Assembly (NCBI GenBank): GCA_041640655.1
Contig: JBEPZV010000027.1
Coordinates: forward strand, 1-34,947
Reading direction: 5' to 3'
Source: a bacterium
Lineage (GTDB): Bacteria > Acidobacteriota > Blastocatellia > HR10
Length of the DNA stretch: 34,947 nt
Part shown: piece after piece, positions 34,162 through 34,947 of the stretch
How positions within the stretch are numbered: position 1 is the first letter of the stretch
Layout of the letters: every line of letters starts with the position of its first letter
Translations under genes and position numbers: made by a program
Notes under the pieces: model-generated
Seen by the model: the letters and a program-made list of their open reading frames with translations, nothing else
The model's database searches: none
What the model was told of the DNA's origin: nothing

Positions 34162-34365
34162 TCAGCGCCGATCACGCTCGGCGCTCACATCGGCTGCCAG
34201 AGGCCCGGGGATGGCTGCCAGGGTTTGACGCACGGATTCAATGGAGATGCGCTCATCCGCTTCGGTCTCGATATATCTCCCCAGTTCGTTTTGCCAGAGC
34301 GCTAGATCTTCTACGGGCTCTTGTGGGGCATGCTTCGGTTTTCTGCGTTTCCGTGTCGTCGCCAT
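34162..34365 (-). CDS. Putative cognate antitoxin
   Basis: Small ORF (MATTRKRRK...GPLAADVSAERDRR) just upstream of vapC, with an antitoxin-like C-terminus; RBS GGAGG. Confidence 0.7.
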   Translation of the reverse strand: MATTRKRRKPKHAPQEPVEDLALWQNELGRYIETEADERISIESVRQTLAAIPGPLAADVSAERDRR

Positions 34366-34421
34366 CCTGGACCCTCCGAAGGCCAGATGATAGCAACATC
34401 GAGGCGGCCGAATCAACCTGG

Positions 34422-34610
34422 GTTCCACCCGTGAGCCCGCGACGCGGGCGGCCGAGTTCAGCCCGGAGTGAGCACGCACGAACCCACGGTGTGAAACCGA
34501 CCCCGTTCCACCCGCGAGCCCGCGAAGCGGGCGATCGAATTTCGCCTAGGGTGAGCGCCGCGAACCCACGTTGTAAGCCCAATCCCATTCCACATGCGAG
34601 CCCGCGCGCG
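34422..34610 (+). repeat. Tandem REP-like units (82-83 bp period, two full and one partial)
   Basis: TTCCAC..GAGCCCGCG starts at 34423, 34506 and 34588; the two full units continue ..GCGGGCG...GTGAGC..CGAACCCACG. Confidence 0.7.
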
Positions 34611-34679
34611 GATGGGCCGGGCGGATTCGCCCGCTTGCCCGTGTCGGTGACATGGGGGAATCGCGTGCAGGGAATTTTT

Positions 34680-34707
34680 TTGACATCGCCGAGGTTTTTG
34701 TTATTCT
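34680..34707 (+). promoter_or_regulatory. Candidate sigma70 promoter (extended -10)
   Basis: TTGACA-16 nt-TATTCT, with TG immediately upstream of the -10. Confidence 0.55.
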
Positions 34708-34846
34708 AGGTGCCGATCGCGGCGTCGGGTGGACGAACGATGGAGGAAGAGGCGAGGCTCGCCCTCTCAACGTCGTGAAGGGGGTGAGTGATCCTCATCC
34801 CCGGTCGGGTGAGGGAGCATGAATTTATCCTGGAAAGGAGGGCGTG

Positions 34847-34947
34847 ATGATGACCAAGCGGCGAATCGCGAGAATGATGCTGGCGGCGGGCACGGTTGGG
34901 CTTCTGATCTTGCCCGCCCTGGTCTATACGCAAGTCACCGGACGCGT
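34847..34947 (+). CDS. N-terminus of a secreted protein, truncated by the window edge
   Basis: RBS AAAGGAGG; MMTKRRIARMMLAAGTVGLLILPALVYTQ is a signal-peptide pattern. Confidence 0.6.
   Translation, partial: MMTKRRIARMMLAAGTVGLLILPALVYTQVTGR

Overview
GC-rich bacterial window; gene content resembles thermophilic Acidobacteriota (inference only). Left arm: the end of an ABC-transporter operon, then an ECF sigma / zinc-finger anti-sigma / TPR-CHAT (caspase-family) protease / S8 subtilase / secreted repeat-protein cluster with a shared candidate ECF promoter motif. Next come housekeeping genes (osmoprotectant ABC transporter, LysR, NDP-sugar pyrophosphorylase, phosphohexomutase) and a TPR-double-retropepsin + PIN/antitoxin operon. 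A candidate sigma54-dependent small RNA with two enhancer-like palindromes follows. A second ECF sigma / membrane anti-sigma pair lies divergent from a large exported TPR-CHAT protein whose 120-bp repeats are near-identical but hypervariable at a few codons. Between that pair and the TPR-CHAT gene sit about 10 kb of accessory DNA: an IS607-type element (intact tnpB, decayed tnpA) with a reconstructable insertion site in a DUF2442-like gene, an attC-like site with hicBA, an IS481-like remnant, orphan secreted proteins and an SF1 helicase-nuclease. The window ends with a REP-flanked PIN toxin-antitoxin pair. All calls come from reading motifs by eye; no searches were run.
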